This document shows, in pieces, positions 1-13,245 of a stretch of 64,000 nucleotides of DNA (the first letter of the stretch is position 1; every line of letters begins with the position of its first letter). The notes under the pieces are model-generated. The model worked only from the letters and a program-made list of their open reading frames with translations, was not told where the DNA came from and did no database searches. The translations under genes were made by a program, and so were the position numbers. This DNA comes from Tubiluchus corallicola (taxonomy: Eukaryota; Animalia; Priapulida), in contig JAQGDQ010000244.1 of the NCBI GenBank assembly GCA_030141605.1, positions 273,745 through 337,744 on the forward strand. Reading direction: 5' to 3'.

Positions 1-93
1 GTTTGTGCAAATTGTAAGGGGAAGCACGAGGCAAGGAGCAGAGAGTGTGAAATTTACCAGAAGGAGTTGAAAAGAACACAGATGTACCAATGA
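1..93 (+). CDS. LINE ORF1 (gag-like) C-terminus, partial
   Basis: Frame 1 reads VCANCKGKHEARSRECEIYQKELKRTQMYQ*; CANCxGxHxAxxxxC matches the last zinc knuckle of I/Jockey/R1-type ORF1. Confidence 0.8.
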   Translation, partial: VCANCKGKHEARSRECEIYQKELKRTQMYQ

Positions 94-3000
94 CTCAAAC
101 ACGAGATCGTCTTTTCAAGGTATGCCAAATTAACATCAACTCGTTGTCACCTCGCTCAACTTTAGCATTAGATAATTACGTAAATAGAGAAAACTTTGAC
201 ATCATATCAGTTCAAGAGACTCGGGTAGACCCAGCTCAACAATTTCCGAAACTAACGAATTATAAAAAGTACTTTAAGTCATGCAGACCTTTTCATGGAG
301 GAGTAGCGGTTTTTGTCAAAACCAACATAAATAGCTGCAAAATTAAAGAGCTAGAAAGTCAGAACACTGACATTATTTGGCTGCTCATATATATAAACGG
401 ACGGAGATTTCTTTTAGCTTCGGTTTACACCCCACCAAACGATCATGAAAGTTTTACCAGAGTAATAAACAACTTGAAAGAGGCAATGAATTATGTGCAA
501 ATTCACAATTTGTGGGGCCTTGTAGCCACTGGAGACTTTAACGCACGTTGTTTTTTTGTGGGATACTTCAGATAATGCAAATGGCAAAGTGCTCAAAGAT
601 TTCATTTGTGCAAATAACAGCAAAGTAACTTTTTTTGCTCCATCGTCGAGTACTTTCAGTTCCGGTACTGGTGCAAGTACAATCGATTTAGTAATTTCAA
701 CTGATAAAATGGCAAATATAGTGTTAAATCAATATGTGGACTGTGAGGTCGAGTTGTTTAGTGGCGCCCCCTTAATGGGACATTATCCTGTGATATCCAG
801 CTTTAATACGTCGCAAGCAAATTTGGCAGAAAAGAAACATGTGTTCGACATTAAGGGTAGCAATTGGACAGAATGGTCACGTAACTTAGACGAGCGCTTG
901 ATGGCAAACGAAGTAGTCTTTAATAACTTGTTATTATCCAATGACGTCATTAGTATGTGGAACTGGTTTAGAGAAACTATTGCCGAAAGTAATATGTTGG
1001 CTCTAAAACGTAAAGTTATCTGTGCTCACAGTAAACCGTTCTGGACTGCAGAGCTATCACGGTTATCAAGACTTGTTCGACTCAGCAGGAAGAAGTTCAA
1101 AAGACACTCAAGCTACGAAAATAAACTCATCTATATTACTGACAAAGAAAACTTTGATAGTGAACTTAGTAGTGCTATGAATAGATGGCTACAGAGCAAG
1201 ACAGAAAAACTAAATGTAGAAAAAGGTGCCATCTTCTGGAAAACATATAAACAAATTTTTAAAGGTGTAAATAGCAATAATAATAGTAGTGTTGATATAT
1301 TAATTAGTAATGGCTCACCTGTAGTCTCGACCTCGGATAGTGCTGATTTATTATATAAGACTTTTTTTAGTGGGGAACACATGAACGCGGAAGAATTTGA
1401 TGAAAACTGGAAAAATCACATTGAACGCTCATTATCAGTTATGGACTGGGAACAAAACGAAAAATTTTGTCTAAATAACTGGTTTAATTTACAAGAATTA
1501 GAAAATGCAGTAAGTGAAGTGCGAACTGAAGGCAAGTCGCTTGACTCCGATGGGTTTCACCCAAAAATGATAAAACATTTTGGGCCAGTCGCAAAAAATA
1601 TTGTATTACGTATTGCAAATATGTGCTTAGAAAATCAATTATGGCCTTGGACGTGCACGAAAGTAATTCCACTAAAAAAACCTAACAAAATCGATTATTC
1701 AAATGCCAGTAATTATCGTCCAATAACCATTTCTTCGTATATAGGTAAACCTGTTGAGCGTTTAATATCAAATAGACTTAAAAATCATTTCTTTCAGTTA
1801 AACTGCATTGATACAGAGCAAGAAGGCTTCATAAAAGGCAAAAATACAGTACGTTATTTAACCAGATTAGTTATTGATATGGAAGACGACATTTTGAATA
1901 ATGCATACGGTATAACAATTTGCTGTGATTACGAAAAAGCGTTCGGGAGTGTTTGGGTTGAAGGTTTATTATTTAAACTTATTTGTGCAAATGTACGAGG
2001 GTCTATGTTACGCCTTATAGCATATATATTACAAAATTGCAATATCTGCATAAAGATAAATGATTATATGTCCGATCAATATCGATGCAATTTAGGACTC
2101 CCACAGGGGTCAGTTATAGCCCCAATACTGTTTATATTTTTCATTGCAGATATGTTTTATAATATGCATGACTCTGTTAAAAAGTACAAGTATGTTGATG
2201 ATGGATCTTTGCATGTGTCAAATACAGACCCGCAAACCTGTGTTACAATTGCACAAAGCTGTTGTGATGTGCTTCACAAATGGTGCCAGAAATGGCGTTT
2301 AAAGATAAATACGTTACCTGGTAAGACAGAAGCATTGATAGTAGGGGCATGGGATGAAAATAACAAGCCAGACAATTTAAAAATTAGTAACAATGAAATA
2401 TTGTTTGTTGAAGACAGCAAAATATTAGGCCTAACTGTTGATCGGAAATTAACATTTGTTAAACACGCGGGTAATGTTCATAAAAAGGTATGGTATAGAT
2501 GGTTGAAAGTAAAAAACAATTGCAGTAAATATGCAGGTTTGCGACTTGCTACCATTGTAAATATTTACAAAACTACTATTTTGCCGATTATACTGTATGG
2601 TGCTATTGTATGGTTAGGTAAAAAAACTTACTGTATTTGAAGATATAACCTATGATATAATGAAAGTTTCTGCGGGGTTGGCTTTTAAACCAGATCGTAC
2701 TAAATTGGAATTACTTTGTGGTCTTCCACCGTTAGACATTGAACTAAATGTAATTGTGGTTAAATCATGTCTTAAGACATTATGTCAGAGCGCTGATGAT
2801 TTAGTTAAACAAAAGATTCTGCGGTATGGTAGTGCACGTCTGACAGGAAGACATATTTATAAAAATATTATGTATACACATGCGCAGACTGTGAGAAACT
2901 TTTTAAAATTTGTCTGGAATAAAAACTTTCGTACTACAGATCTTGAACAAATTCCTGAAAGTATGTTAAAGTATACTAAACATCAAATTATGGATCATGT

Positions 3001-3403
3001 TTCTTGTACCTGGTCAAATAAATATAGGCATGTTATGCAATTTCGAGGAGATAATGTTGAAATACAGAATATAAAATGTACACCCTTAAATTTGCCGCTT
3101 GGAAATAATGAAAGGAAAATAGAATCCATTGCCATGTCCTTTTTAACTGGCCAGGGGAATTTTAACAGCTTTTTGTATAGACTTAATATGAGTGATACTA
3201 GTTTATGTCCATGTGGAGAAGAAGAGCAAACTCCTCAGCACATTTTATTCAGATGCAATAAAGTAGATAATGCAGAAAGAATGCCGTTCATGGAAATAGC
3301 TGATGCCAATTATACACGTAATATTATGATTCAATCTGATAAAAATTTAATAATGGCTTTCACTAACCTGATCAGGGACAATTTTATACTAAGTAATTGT
3401 TAA
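90..3403 (+). pseudogene. LINE ORF2 (endonuclease-reverse transcriptase), split by two +1 frameshifts
   Basis: EN motifs QININSL, VQET, GGVA, GDFNA, IDL, HYP; RT motifs NYRPI, QEGF, DYEKAF, PQGSVIAP, YVDD, KILG; C-terminal LTGQG...CPCG...HILFRC. Frames join at a T7 run (551-557) and an A7 run (2620-2626). Confidence 0.9.
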
Positions 3404-3657
3404 TTTAGGCCCGCTCCAGTATACAAAAATAAATTATGTAGTTGTGTAAAGTTAATTTGTTTGTATAATACTTGTGATTCGTTTGAAATTATATCTAATT
3501 TAAGTATAAAATGTTATTCGTTGTACATAGTGTGAAACTGGATTTAAAAGATTTGTTATGTGAAAATGTAATTTGTTGATCTGAGCCTGCAAAAAGAGGC
3601 ACCTTTGTGTATATATATTCACTTCTTTAATAAAGATTTATTATTATTATTATTATA

Positions 3658-3661
<4 letters not shown>

Positions 3662-3748
<87 letters not shown>
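3662..3748. repeat. (CT)n microsatellite
   Basis: Direct reading. Confidence 0.98.
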
Positions 3749-3755
<7 letters not shown>

Positions 3756-4294
3756 CTATCACTAACAGACGATGCAACACAAATCGCAATATAGGTACAG
3801 ATTTGTACAAACGTTTCAGAAGACAAAGCTTTTCCTGCTTACACAACTGCACATTTGTTTATTATGACAACAAACATGATTTTATAAACATTGCGTATTT
3901 TAATTGAATCATTTTAAAGCTACGTACATCAAATGACTTATCCTACAAATATGCATACATAACCTGTACATAGTATGTATAACTTGCACTCAGGAAACGT
4001 TTTGCAAAGCAACAAAATAGTTAGTATATTGTCATATCTCCGTAATGAACTTGACATGTAAGAGTACCTGGTATGCAAAAGTAACGAAATTTCTTGGTCA
4101 GAGTAGGGGAGACAGTAAGTTGATACAGGGGAAGTAAAAACTGTATTAACTTAAGCAAGATATCTGTATTACGAGAATTGATGAAAGATGTATACGTCAA
4201 AATGAATCTTTTGTTGCAATTTTTGGTACAGTTACAATAGATATTAGTGCGACAAGGAAAAGCAAATTTCTTAGTGCAAATCATGTGCACTACC

Positions 4295-4690
4295 ATTTTT
4301 CTACCCCCCTTCCAAAAACAAATATAATGAAACAGTCATCAAAATATAATGCTATTAAAATACGGTCATCAATTCCGCGTGAAATGAAAACTCTTAATCT
4401 TTATCAATTTAAAAAAGTATCAAAGAATTACCTACTACAACGGTATAATTAACTCACAATTTTACTCATCCTGATCTTAAGTTACTAACAAAACTTATTT
4501 TGTTCTAATGTATGCTATAACCGATGAAAATGCTATGTTAATTGTCAATTGTTTCACTTATCTGGAGGAGGACTCGAAAGCTCAATGCTACTTCCTCCTC
4601 CTCACAGTAACTCGCATAGTTTATTTTTTTCAATGTTATATCAATTTATATGTATGTTTGAGTTGCTGTGGAATAAATTCATAATTCATG
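4295..4690 (+). mobile_element. 5'-truncated L2/Crack/CR1-group LINE 3' end
   Basis: Translation ...KYNAIKIRSSIPREMKTLNLYQFKKVSKNYLLQRYN* resembles the ORF2 C-terminus of these clades; 3' UTR pairings GGAGGAGG/CCTCCTCC and CACAGTAACTC/GAGTTGCTGTG, then AATAAA. Confidence 0.6.
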
Positions 4691-4823
4691 TACTATTCTG
4701 GGTACATTCAAAACAGAAATTTCTAACGTAATAATTAGTGAGTCTAAAAGAATCCTAACATTCATCGTAGGCTAGAATGGTTATTTTATTAAAGAGGTCA
4801 TTCCTGTTACATTAGAAGATACT

Positions 4824-7800
4824 TTAGTTGCGATCACAGTTGTTATCCACCTCGCAAATGTAACCATGAACAATTTTGAAGTCTTCGTTAGTACAATCGA
4901 TGTCGGTCCATTCCCAATTGCTTTCTGATTTTAATATCATACAGTCATTTCCGGGATGACCTCCGCTTGGTGCGCCCACCTCCCTTTAAAAACAAAAAAG
5001 ACGCTCATTGCCCATGTATGTTTAGTAAGAATGAGATTAACCATTTACTTTAAAAGTTGGAAAATCCGAAAGACGAGTAAAGGTAGTTGCAGTGAGGAAA
5101 TAAGTTAATGACTTGTTACTAATAATAATAATAGTACCTCTTACCAACTTTAATTCACTAAGCTCATAAATCCTTTTTAAATACTTACTTATCACGTATC
5201 GGCAAGGTAATAAACATGTGTGGAGATTGTAATTGTATATTTGTTAGGTGCTGCCATCTATGAACTAATCCTTTTACATTTTACTAGCTAAACTCACCCC
5301 CAGTATAATTGTACGGTCTAGTAAATGCATATTCACTGGATCTCTCCCTATTTTACAGTAATGGTTTTTGTGAAGTCAAGTTTGCATAATCACCTATACC
5401 TATATATACTGACTGGATTTACTTTCTAGTCACTGTCTAACTCACACTCTCAGTGCAGGACACTCTCATTCTCAGTGTTCAGTGCAAGTCATTCTACATA
5501 TGTGAATGTAGTCTAATAAACACTTTTCAGTTTTTTGCAAATATGTAGTATAGTTTTTATTCTTGTTCTACAAAGTGAGTGATCTACAACTTTAAACATG
5601 ACTTTCACAACATGTTTGCAAAAAGGGAAACATAAGCCATCACCATTAATTCATTTGAATTTCTGAAATGTTTGAAACTGTGAATGTTATATTGAATAAA
5701 ATACATGCAATATTTAATTGCGAATACAAATAAACATAAACAAAAGACCTATAAGAGTAAATACTTTTTCTTAGACACGTTTGTTAGTCTCTACACGTCT
5801 GAACTACGACAATTAAAAAAAATTCAGGGCAAATTTTTTCTGCTCCCATCCGTTGAGAAACTTCCTCCCGTACGGCTATGAGATTACTCTGTGAATCTAG
5901 ACTTACCAGTTTGAGTAACCGGTTATCGGTTCAGCAAGCCCCCACCAGTACCAGTCACGCTCTCGTCCGAGATCAGTGCCACCAACCCATGGTGTGTAAT
6001 CTAGCCAAATAAACAAATTTTATACAAGTAACATGAAATTTACTCACTGTTATAAATAGAGTATCAAATATTATTTAATTTTTCAACAATATTTTTTAAA
6101 GCAATGCAATCTCCCGTGCATGAGTTAGACTTAAGAGACCAGTCTATCTGAAACGTTCGACTAGGTCTACATGACCTTGGGCCGCATTTACCTATAGGCT
6201 TATGACGCTGCTGAATTCTGAAAGGAGTTGGAAAATTTATCGACCAGTATCAAAAAATTCTTCTTCTCTTCAGAAGATGCTCATCGTTTTATACGTATAA
6301 AGCACGACAAACTATTACAATTATTACGTAAAAGGTATTACACCACAAGCAGTTACGCGATATGCTTATATATAAGGGCTATGCAAATATACATTAACAA
6401 CAACCTCGAGAGTGCTAGGTTATACAAGCTACTAACACGCAACAAATAATTGTGTGAAAAGGCTCAATATATAAACGCGAGGCTCATATATATATATATA
6501 TATTTGGAGATGGGCGGTAGTGTATTTTCAACCTATTACATCTAATGTTTTGATACGACCCCTAGTCACGTGTCATAGATGAAAGTGTTAGTATGAGGTC
6601 CGGTCAGTAACTCCGTAAGTATAAGAACATGGATCATGAAACTTGCAGGGCAGGCACTTAACATAGGTAGCCACAAAACGACACAGAAATGGTGGTGACA
6701 TCTAGGTCAAAGCGGGAAGATCCAAAACATGAAAATTAGGGAGAATGACTTTGTCCTTCAACTGCTTTTACAGTGTTGGACTAGGAATTACTATTTGTGC
6801 ATGTGTGGGTAACAGGGCAAGAAGAGATGTGCATTAAGTATTTTTCGTAAAGTGGGCGTGACCAGCTCACGTGACAAGGGCAAAAGTGTTAAAAATGAAA
6901 GGTGTTGCAATAAAGTGAATTTTATAGGTAATCGAGCACGGAGAATTCAGCAATAGCAGAATTCTGATATTGAGGTAAAGATCAAGTCCAGCAAAGATTT
7001 ATCATAGTCAATACTTGCATTTTTGCTCATAATGTAGAATCTTAAGTTTATGAGTTTATAACTAAACACGGTATGGTTATACTTACTTTCACCCAAATGT
7101 ATGATTATGTTTGTCACTAGAAACGCTTGTTCTTCTACGGTTTGAATTCCCACAAGGCTGCCCATACTCTGAATGCATCTTTGCTCTGCTTCGAACCAGT
7201 TTAGGGATTCCTGGGCAAAACAATAATCACGTCTATCGTACTCAACCCAGATTCCACTGCATTGAGCATTGGCAACTACGAAAATGAACCAAGAATAATT
7301 CATCTTAACATACTAATAAATGTATGCAGAGATTAAACATTGTATTAGACATACGTAAGTCATGTCATTATAGCTAATAATGTATTTTACTTGCTTACAA
7401 TCCAGGGGCGGAACTAGGGAGAGCGAAGGGGCGCCTCCGCTGCCAAAATTTGCGCCCCCTACAAAATCGGACAAATAAATTTTTTTGCAGTGAAAATTGC
7501 AGTTCGCATGTAATCAGTTTCAATATGAATTAGAATTAGGTAAAAAAATGTTTGGTAGCTTCAGTGTGCGTGCAGACAAAACTCAGTGTGCATAGAGGTG
7601 CCTATGACAGTGTAGGCCTACAGGGACCACACACAGTCACAGGCCAACAGGTCTGTGTGCACAACTATAGGATGCTGGTGTAGCAGCGGTACCATGCTGA
7701 AATTTGAGACTTTTTGAAAACTTTAGACTTTTTTGTCCAAGGAAGTATCGTTCCACATTTCATTTTGACATTATTTCCTGCGTATTATTTTCTTAAAACG

Positions 7801-9581
7801 TGTGTGTGATGAATTTCTGTAAATAACAATTTAGTTAGAGGCACATTAATAACGTTAGGTTAACTGAGAGTTAATTTTCTCATTATTGCTCTGTCCGCTA
7901 CGCCGTCCTACACACATGCTAATTATAGGCCTGCATGCAGTATAAAAGGGGTTAAAATTGGCTTAACCATTATTTAGCCACTTCGGATACCTCGCCCTCC
8001 CAGAAAATGTTTGCGCCCCCCCCCTGCTTGCCACATCTACTTTCGCCCCTGTTACAATCACTGAATGCATCTCGTTAAAACACTTAGTAAGAGATGGGAG
8101 TGTAGTCTATAGTAATAGTCTGAAAGTTAAATAGCGCATGTATTAAAGCACAAGAAACCACTTCCATAAATTTAAAATTTGATATCACTTACATGCTGTC
8201 TTGTTGCATAGCAGCAACATTGCATAAAATGTAAATTTAAGCCCCTCTCTCCGACAACGCTGCCATTTTGACGGCAGGTCGTTTGAAGCAAATTTAGATA
8301 ACATTGCGTAAAGTTTAAAAAAAATGTTTAGAGTGTTTTAGCACAATTCGCTAACTAAGCAAGAGATTAAATTATTTGATCTTTTGTCAATAAGACTAAA
8401 AATACGGTTTTGGTGAACCACTGGTGCCCATTGGGAAGGTGGGTCAGTGTCGTTTTAACAGTTGGCGCAAACATTTTAAATTACTAAGAGTTTCCTATTC
8501 TAGTTACATAAGCTTTTCTAACAGGTAAACGTAGTGCTAAGTAATATAACTTTATCCTGTAAATTTCCCTTTTCCTTTTAAAGAAAAACATTTTTCAATC
8601 AGTTCCTCTGAAATCAGAAACTCAACTGCGGATCAAAGCTTCTAGGAAACTTACCTTTAATTTGAAATAAAGAATCGTTTCTTCACTGTTTGTTTGTAAA
8701 TTTGAATAGCTACACACCAATGCGCAATTATTAAATCTATTACCCATATTTAGGGCTATATACTTTGCTGATGATAATGTAAAGAAATTTCGAAATGTAT
8801 AAATTGGTGTTCGCTAAATTTTAAGTAAAACCGGAGCCAATCTTAAACTGTAGATCAAAACAATCTACTCTTTAAAATATTGAAAGGAAACATACAATTT
8901 TTTTTCAAGAATGACTTACATGAAAGAATTATTACCGCACAAACATAATTTCACGTTCGCGCCACTAGTTCTTCGCTCTTACATGCATTTCGCTACTCGC
9001 TAGTAAGAATGACACTAGCGCTTGCATTTTGGAAACGCATTGCACAAAAAACAGGTGCTGTACCTCTCAGTTCGATGTGTTGGTTTGTGATGAACTACAC
9101 ACGTTCGACAGCTTATGCGTGAGCAGAGCGGTAAATTTGAAATTTGAATTTTTATTTTAAAACTTGCATAATTTTAGTAGAGTACACTGAATATCTTACA
9201 GTTGCACTGTATTTCAATTTTGGGTTTCGCAAACACGTACAACACGCTCGTGGAATTTTTTTGTTGTTGAAAATTATGTTAGTTTGTGATGTCATCAATA
9301 CTAGGCTCGCCCGCCGTTAATTAAGTTTTTAATTTATTATTTAATTATCAGAGACGCTTTTGCAGTATTAATCGTGTTAAAATGTATACTTTTTATCGGG
9401 TTTGAAAATTAGGTAGTAATATGAAAAATCATCCTGTTTTCCTGTGAACACAATAACGATATTCTCAACGAATGTTGTAACTGTTTTTTTTAGTAGATAA
9501 ATCAGAAGAAAATAATAAGAATAAGTTGTACTTACGTCCTACTATTGCCAACAGGCCGAATAGCAAAAATAATTGCCTCAT
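4824..9581 (-). CDS. Secreted single-domain C-type lectin (paralogue 1), 4 exons, 162 aa
   Basis: Exons 9581-9536 (signal MRQLFLLFGLLAIVG), 7275-7087 (CSGIW..LNWFEAEQRC..LVGI..EQAFL), 6000-5907 (WVGGTD..WYW..YSNW), 4983-4824 (GAPSG..NDC..WTDIDC..GYICE*). All introns GT-AG, phases 1/1/2, total 489 nt; minus-strand AATAAA at 4790-4785. Confidence 0.9.
5219..5609 (+). mobile_element. Solo LTR in intron 3 of CTL-1
   Basis: TGTG...CACA termini, 5-bp TSD ACATG (5214-5218 / 5610-5614), TATA-like box near 5401, AATAAA near 5515. Confidence 0.7.
7403..8051. mobile_element. hAT-type non-autonomous DNA transposon (MITE)
   Basis: TIR CAGGGGCG...CGCCCCTG with perfect 8-bp TSD TTACAATC. Confidence 0.88.
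8142..8582. mobile_element. Dispersed repeat family C (Kolobok-like, TTAA-type ends)
   Basis: Begins TTAAAGC; inverted homologues near 40020-40920, 44870-45200 and about 25480-25830. Confidence 0.5.
8822..9445. mobile_element. Dispersed repeat family A (Kolobok-like non-autonomous element)
   Basis: Clear reverse-complement match to 38762-39372 and 42775-43300. Confidence 0.7.
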
Positions 9582-10289
9582 CTTTAAATTGCTTTAATTT
9601 AGCCAAAGGAACTCGTTACTCAAGACACGTTTGCGAGCGCAATTTCAGTCTTTCTCGACTTATATACCTACTACCATGCGAAGTTTATCTGTTACCAAAC
9701 TGTGTCACCTGTTTCTTTCTCAAGATAAGCTAAAGTTGTTGAAGCTGGTGGCCCGTTACTGGCACGGACGCCGAATTCAAAAATCGTGCATCCAGGTGCT
9801 AATCAACGACTGGAAAATCTTGCGCATGCGCTTTTATTTAATTTATTAAATTAATGAGGTGACTTAATGCCAGGTTATTTCTTTCTTTAACTGATCAATT
9901 TGAAAGCTCAGAGAATGAGTAACTTGGTATCAAACCATACTTTAGTCTAGTTCACTATCGCATTGCTAGTAATTTGAGTTGCCCTGGAATGAGTAACTTT
10001 GTTCTAAGGCCCGTTTCACATTGAGGACGTCAAGGAATCTTTTCAGAAAATCAGAAAATATTTGAAATAATACGCAGTAAGAAAGGTCATTTCACAGTGA
10101 AACCGCGCGCCCAGTTAGCTGCACGTATTTACAAGTTTTACACTGAAAATCATATCTAAATTAAGTTATACTTGCCGTATTTCTCATATACAAAGTACAA
10201 TTAATAATGTTAATCAATGTAATGTCAGACCTGTTTGTTTTTTTAAAAAAAGTTCTACTAACCACTTCAAAATCGGAAAATATACATGC

Positions 10290-10832
10290 ATAATGTAATA
10301 TAATGTAATGTAATATAATATAATGTAATGTAATGTAATGTAATGTAATGTAATGTAATGTAATGTAATGTAATGTAGTGTAGTGTAGTGTAGTGTAGTG
10401 TAGTGTAGTGTAGTGTAGTGTAGTGTAGTGTAGTGTAGTGTAGTGTAGTGTAGTGTGATGTAATGTAATGTAATGTAATGTAATGTAATGTAATGTAATG
10501 TAATGTAATGTAATGTAATATAATGTAATATAATATAATATAATATAATATAATATAATATAATATAATATAATATAATATAATATAATATATAATATAA
10601 TATAATATAATATAATATAATATAATATAATATAATATAATATAATATAATATAATATAATATAATATAATATAATATAATATAATATAATATAATATAA
10701 TATAATATAATATAATATAATATAATATAATATAATATATTATAATATAATATAATATAATATAATATAATATAATATAATATAATATAATATAATATAA
10801 TATAATATAATATAATATAATATAATATAATA
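10290..10832. repeat. Compound pentanucleotide microsatellite (TAATG)n-(TAGTG)n-(TAATG)n-(TAATA)n
   Basis: Direct reading. Confidence 0.97.
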
Positions 10833-11626
10833 TATAGTATATAATAATATATGCGTGTGTTATTTTTTTCTTTTTCACGAATATACCTATCAATGTTGCA
10901 TTAATTAAACATAAAATCATCAGTATTATTAGGGAGATTAAATCTTATAATTTTATGCTGAAATCTGTTACTGCAATCGTTATTCGTGAAATAAGAAAGA
11001 ATTAATTGAGTTGGTTAGAATTAAGACTGAACTCCGCGAGGATTCCTCTTGTAAATGGAATACGCAGCATTTCTACTATTTGGCAAAATTCCTCACGAGG
11101 AGGACGCATAGCTTCTAGCTCACCAGGAACGGCACAAAGAATTTAGCCGCGCGTTCTTAAGGTTCAGTTGGAGCATCATTGCATATCGCTTTCTGTTGCA
11201 CGCTAGCAGGCAGAACTTTTCCTGACGATGAATCTTTATAATGAAAATTTAACACATTTTATTATATGGTGGATTGTTTATGAAACGAATATCGTTCTTG
11301 TCATAAATTATTTAAACGTGAATTTATTACTTTTTTGGCGAATCACAAACACCAAGTATTGAATTTATTAAATTGTTTGAGCTTTTGTGAACTTGTGTCT
11401 TTGTCGTGTATTCTGTAGTTAACACTAATTATATTGCAAATTTTTAAATAAGTAATCGTATTGTAATGATCTAAAGACATACAATCGCTTTTGTTTTTTA
11501 TGATATTATTTCATAACTTTTTATTAAATGCAGAAAAGTGGTTTAATTTTTTTACCTACATATATGTTTCGTCTTTCACACCTTTACTTTATATTTGTCA
11601 TGTACAGTTAACCTGCAGTGTAGTGT

Positions 11627-12330
11627 AACTTACAGTACTGTAACCAGCATGAGTACTGCAGACTGGAGTTAACTTACAGTACTGTAACCAGCATGAGTAC
11701 TGCAGACTGGAGTTAACTTACAGTACTGTAACCAGCATGAGTACTGCAGACTGGAGTTAACTTACAGTACTGTAACCAGCATGAGTACGACTGAGTTTAA
11801 TTACAGTACTGCAACCAACATGAGTACTGGAGACTGGAGTTAACTTACAGTACTGTAACCAGCATGAGTACTGCAGACTGGAGTTAACTTACAGTACTGT
11901 AACCAGCATGAGTACTGCAGACTGGAGTTAACTTACAGTACTGTAACCAACATGAGTACTGGAGACTGGAGTTTACTTACATACTGTAACCAGCATGAGT
12001 ACAGATGGATTAACTTACAGTACTAACCAATGACCGAGTTTACCAGTACTGTAACCAGCATGAGTACTGGAGACTGGAGTTTACTTACAGTACTGTAACC
12101 AGCATGAGTACTGCAGACTGGAGTTAACTTACAGTACTGTAACCAGCATGAGTACTGCAGACTGGAGTTAACTTACAGTACTGTAACCAGCATGAGTACT
12201 GGAGACTGGAGTTAACCTACAGTACTGTAACCAGCATGAGTACTGGAGACTGGAGTTAACCTACAGTACTGTAACCAGCATGAGTACTGGAGACTGGAGT
12301 TAACCTACAGTACTGTAACCATCATGAGTT
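11627..12330. repeat. 44-bp minisatellite, about 16 copies
   Basis: Unit AACTTACAGTACTGTAACCAGCATGAGTACTGCAGACTGGAGTT; period 11627 to 11671. Confidence 0.95.
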
Positions 12331-12713
12331 TTTCGTGTAAAATGTGAATCATTTTAATTACTAATTTGGTGCTGCTTTTACTGTTAATGCGTTGAATTTA
12401 TTGTAGTGTGCATCAATTCAAAATAAATTGTTTAGTATTAATATAAAAGTTTGACGTCATAAGGTGGTAATTACTAGACCACATCGTGAAAACAGCAAAA
12501 CATATTTTGCAGGACGTCAAGTTTATTATAAAAATATTGTGAGATTTATTTGGAATTATTGCATATTAGAATAAATTCTAAACTACTATTGGATTTATTT
12601 CGAATTGCGTGTATTGCACATTACAATAAATTCAGTGCAGCAAAATTAGCTGCAAAAACAGGGTTAGTAATTGGACGAGTGACCGGTCTCTCTCACATAT
12701 CAGATTGTTTAAT

Positions 12714-12828
12714 CTAGTGGTCGCACGTCTGCTTTCCGTCTGGGAAGTCGTGAGTTCGATACAGAGGCCGTGTCATACCAAAGACTAAAAAATTGTACCT
12801 GCCGTTGCCCTGCCTTGCACGTCTGCAA
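12714..12828 (+). mobile_element. tRNA-derived SINE fragment
   Basis: B-box GAGTTCGATAC followed by GTCATACCAAAGACT..TGCCCTGCCTTGCAC body; inverted second copy at 50808-50914. Confidence 0.7.
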
Positions 12829-12872
12829 AAGTTTATGTTAATTGTTTATCTAAAAGACGTTATAATAATAAT

Positions 12873-12908
<36 letters not shown>

Positions 12909-12910
12909 GC

Positions 12911-12945
<35 letters not shown>

Positions 12946-13190
12946 TAGTGCAGTAGTAGTGACAGTAATAGTAGCAGTAGTAGTAGCAGTAGTAGTAGTG
13001 TAGTAGTAGTAGCAGTAGTAGTAGTAGCAGTAGTAGTAGTAGTAATAGTAGTAGTAGCAGTAGCAGTAGTAGTAGCGGTAGTAGTAGTGTAGTAGTAGTA
13101 GCAGTAGTAGTAGTAGTAGTAGCAGTAGTAGTAGTAGTAATAGTAGTAGTAGCAGTAGTAGTAGTAGTAGCAGTAGTAGTAGTAGTAGCG

Positions 13191-13245
<55 letters not shown>

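Larger units (their letters stand above)
1..3660 (+). mobile_element. Non-LTR retrotransposon (LINE, I/Jockey/R1-group-like); 5' part runs off the window
   Basis: ORF1 C-terminal zinc knuckle (1-93), ORF2 with APE endonuclease + RT + CCHC (90-3403), AT-rich 3' UTR, AATAAA at 3629-3634, (TTA)n tail at about 3638-3660, then (CT)n. Confidence 0.93.

Noticed and set aside
11215-11255. Hammerhead ribozyme / Penelope end (CTGACGA...GAAA)
   Set aside because: Core-like words are present but stems II and III do not pair convincingly.
11627-12330. CRISPR-like array (palindromic repeats)
   Set aside because: Units are contiguous with no unique spacers, there are no cas genes, and the context is eukaryotic; the same applies to the 52-, 43-, 54- and 88-bp arrays.
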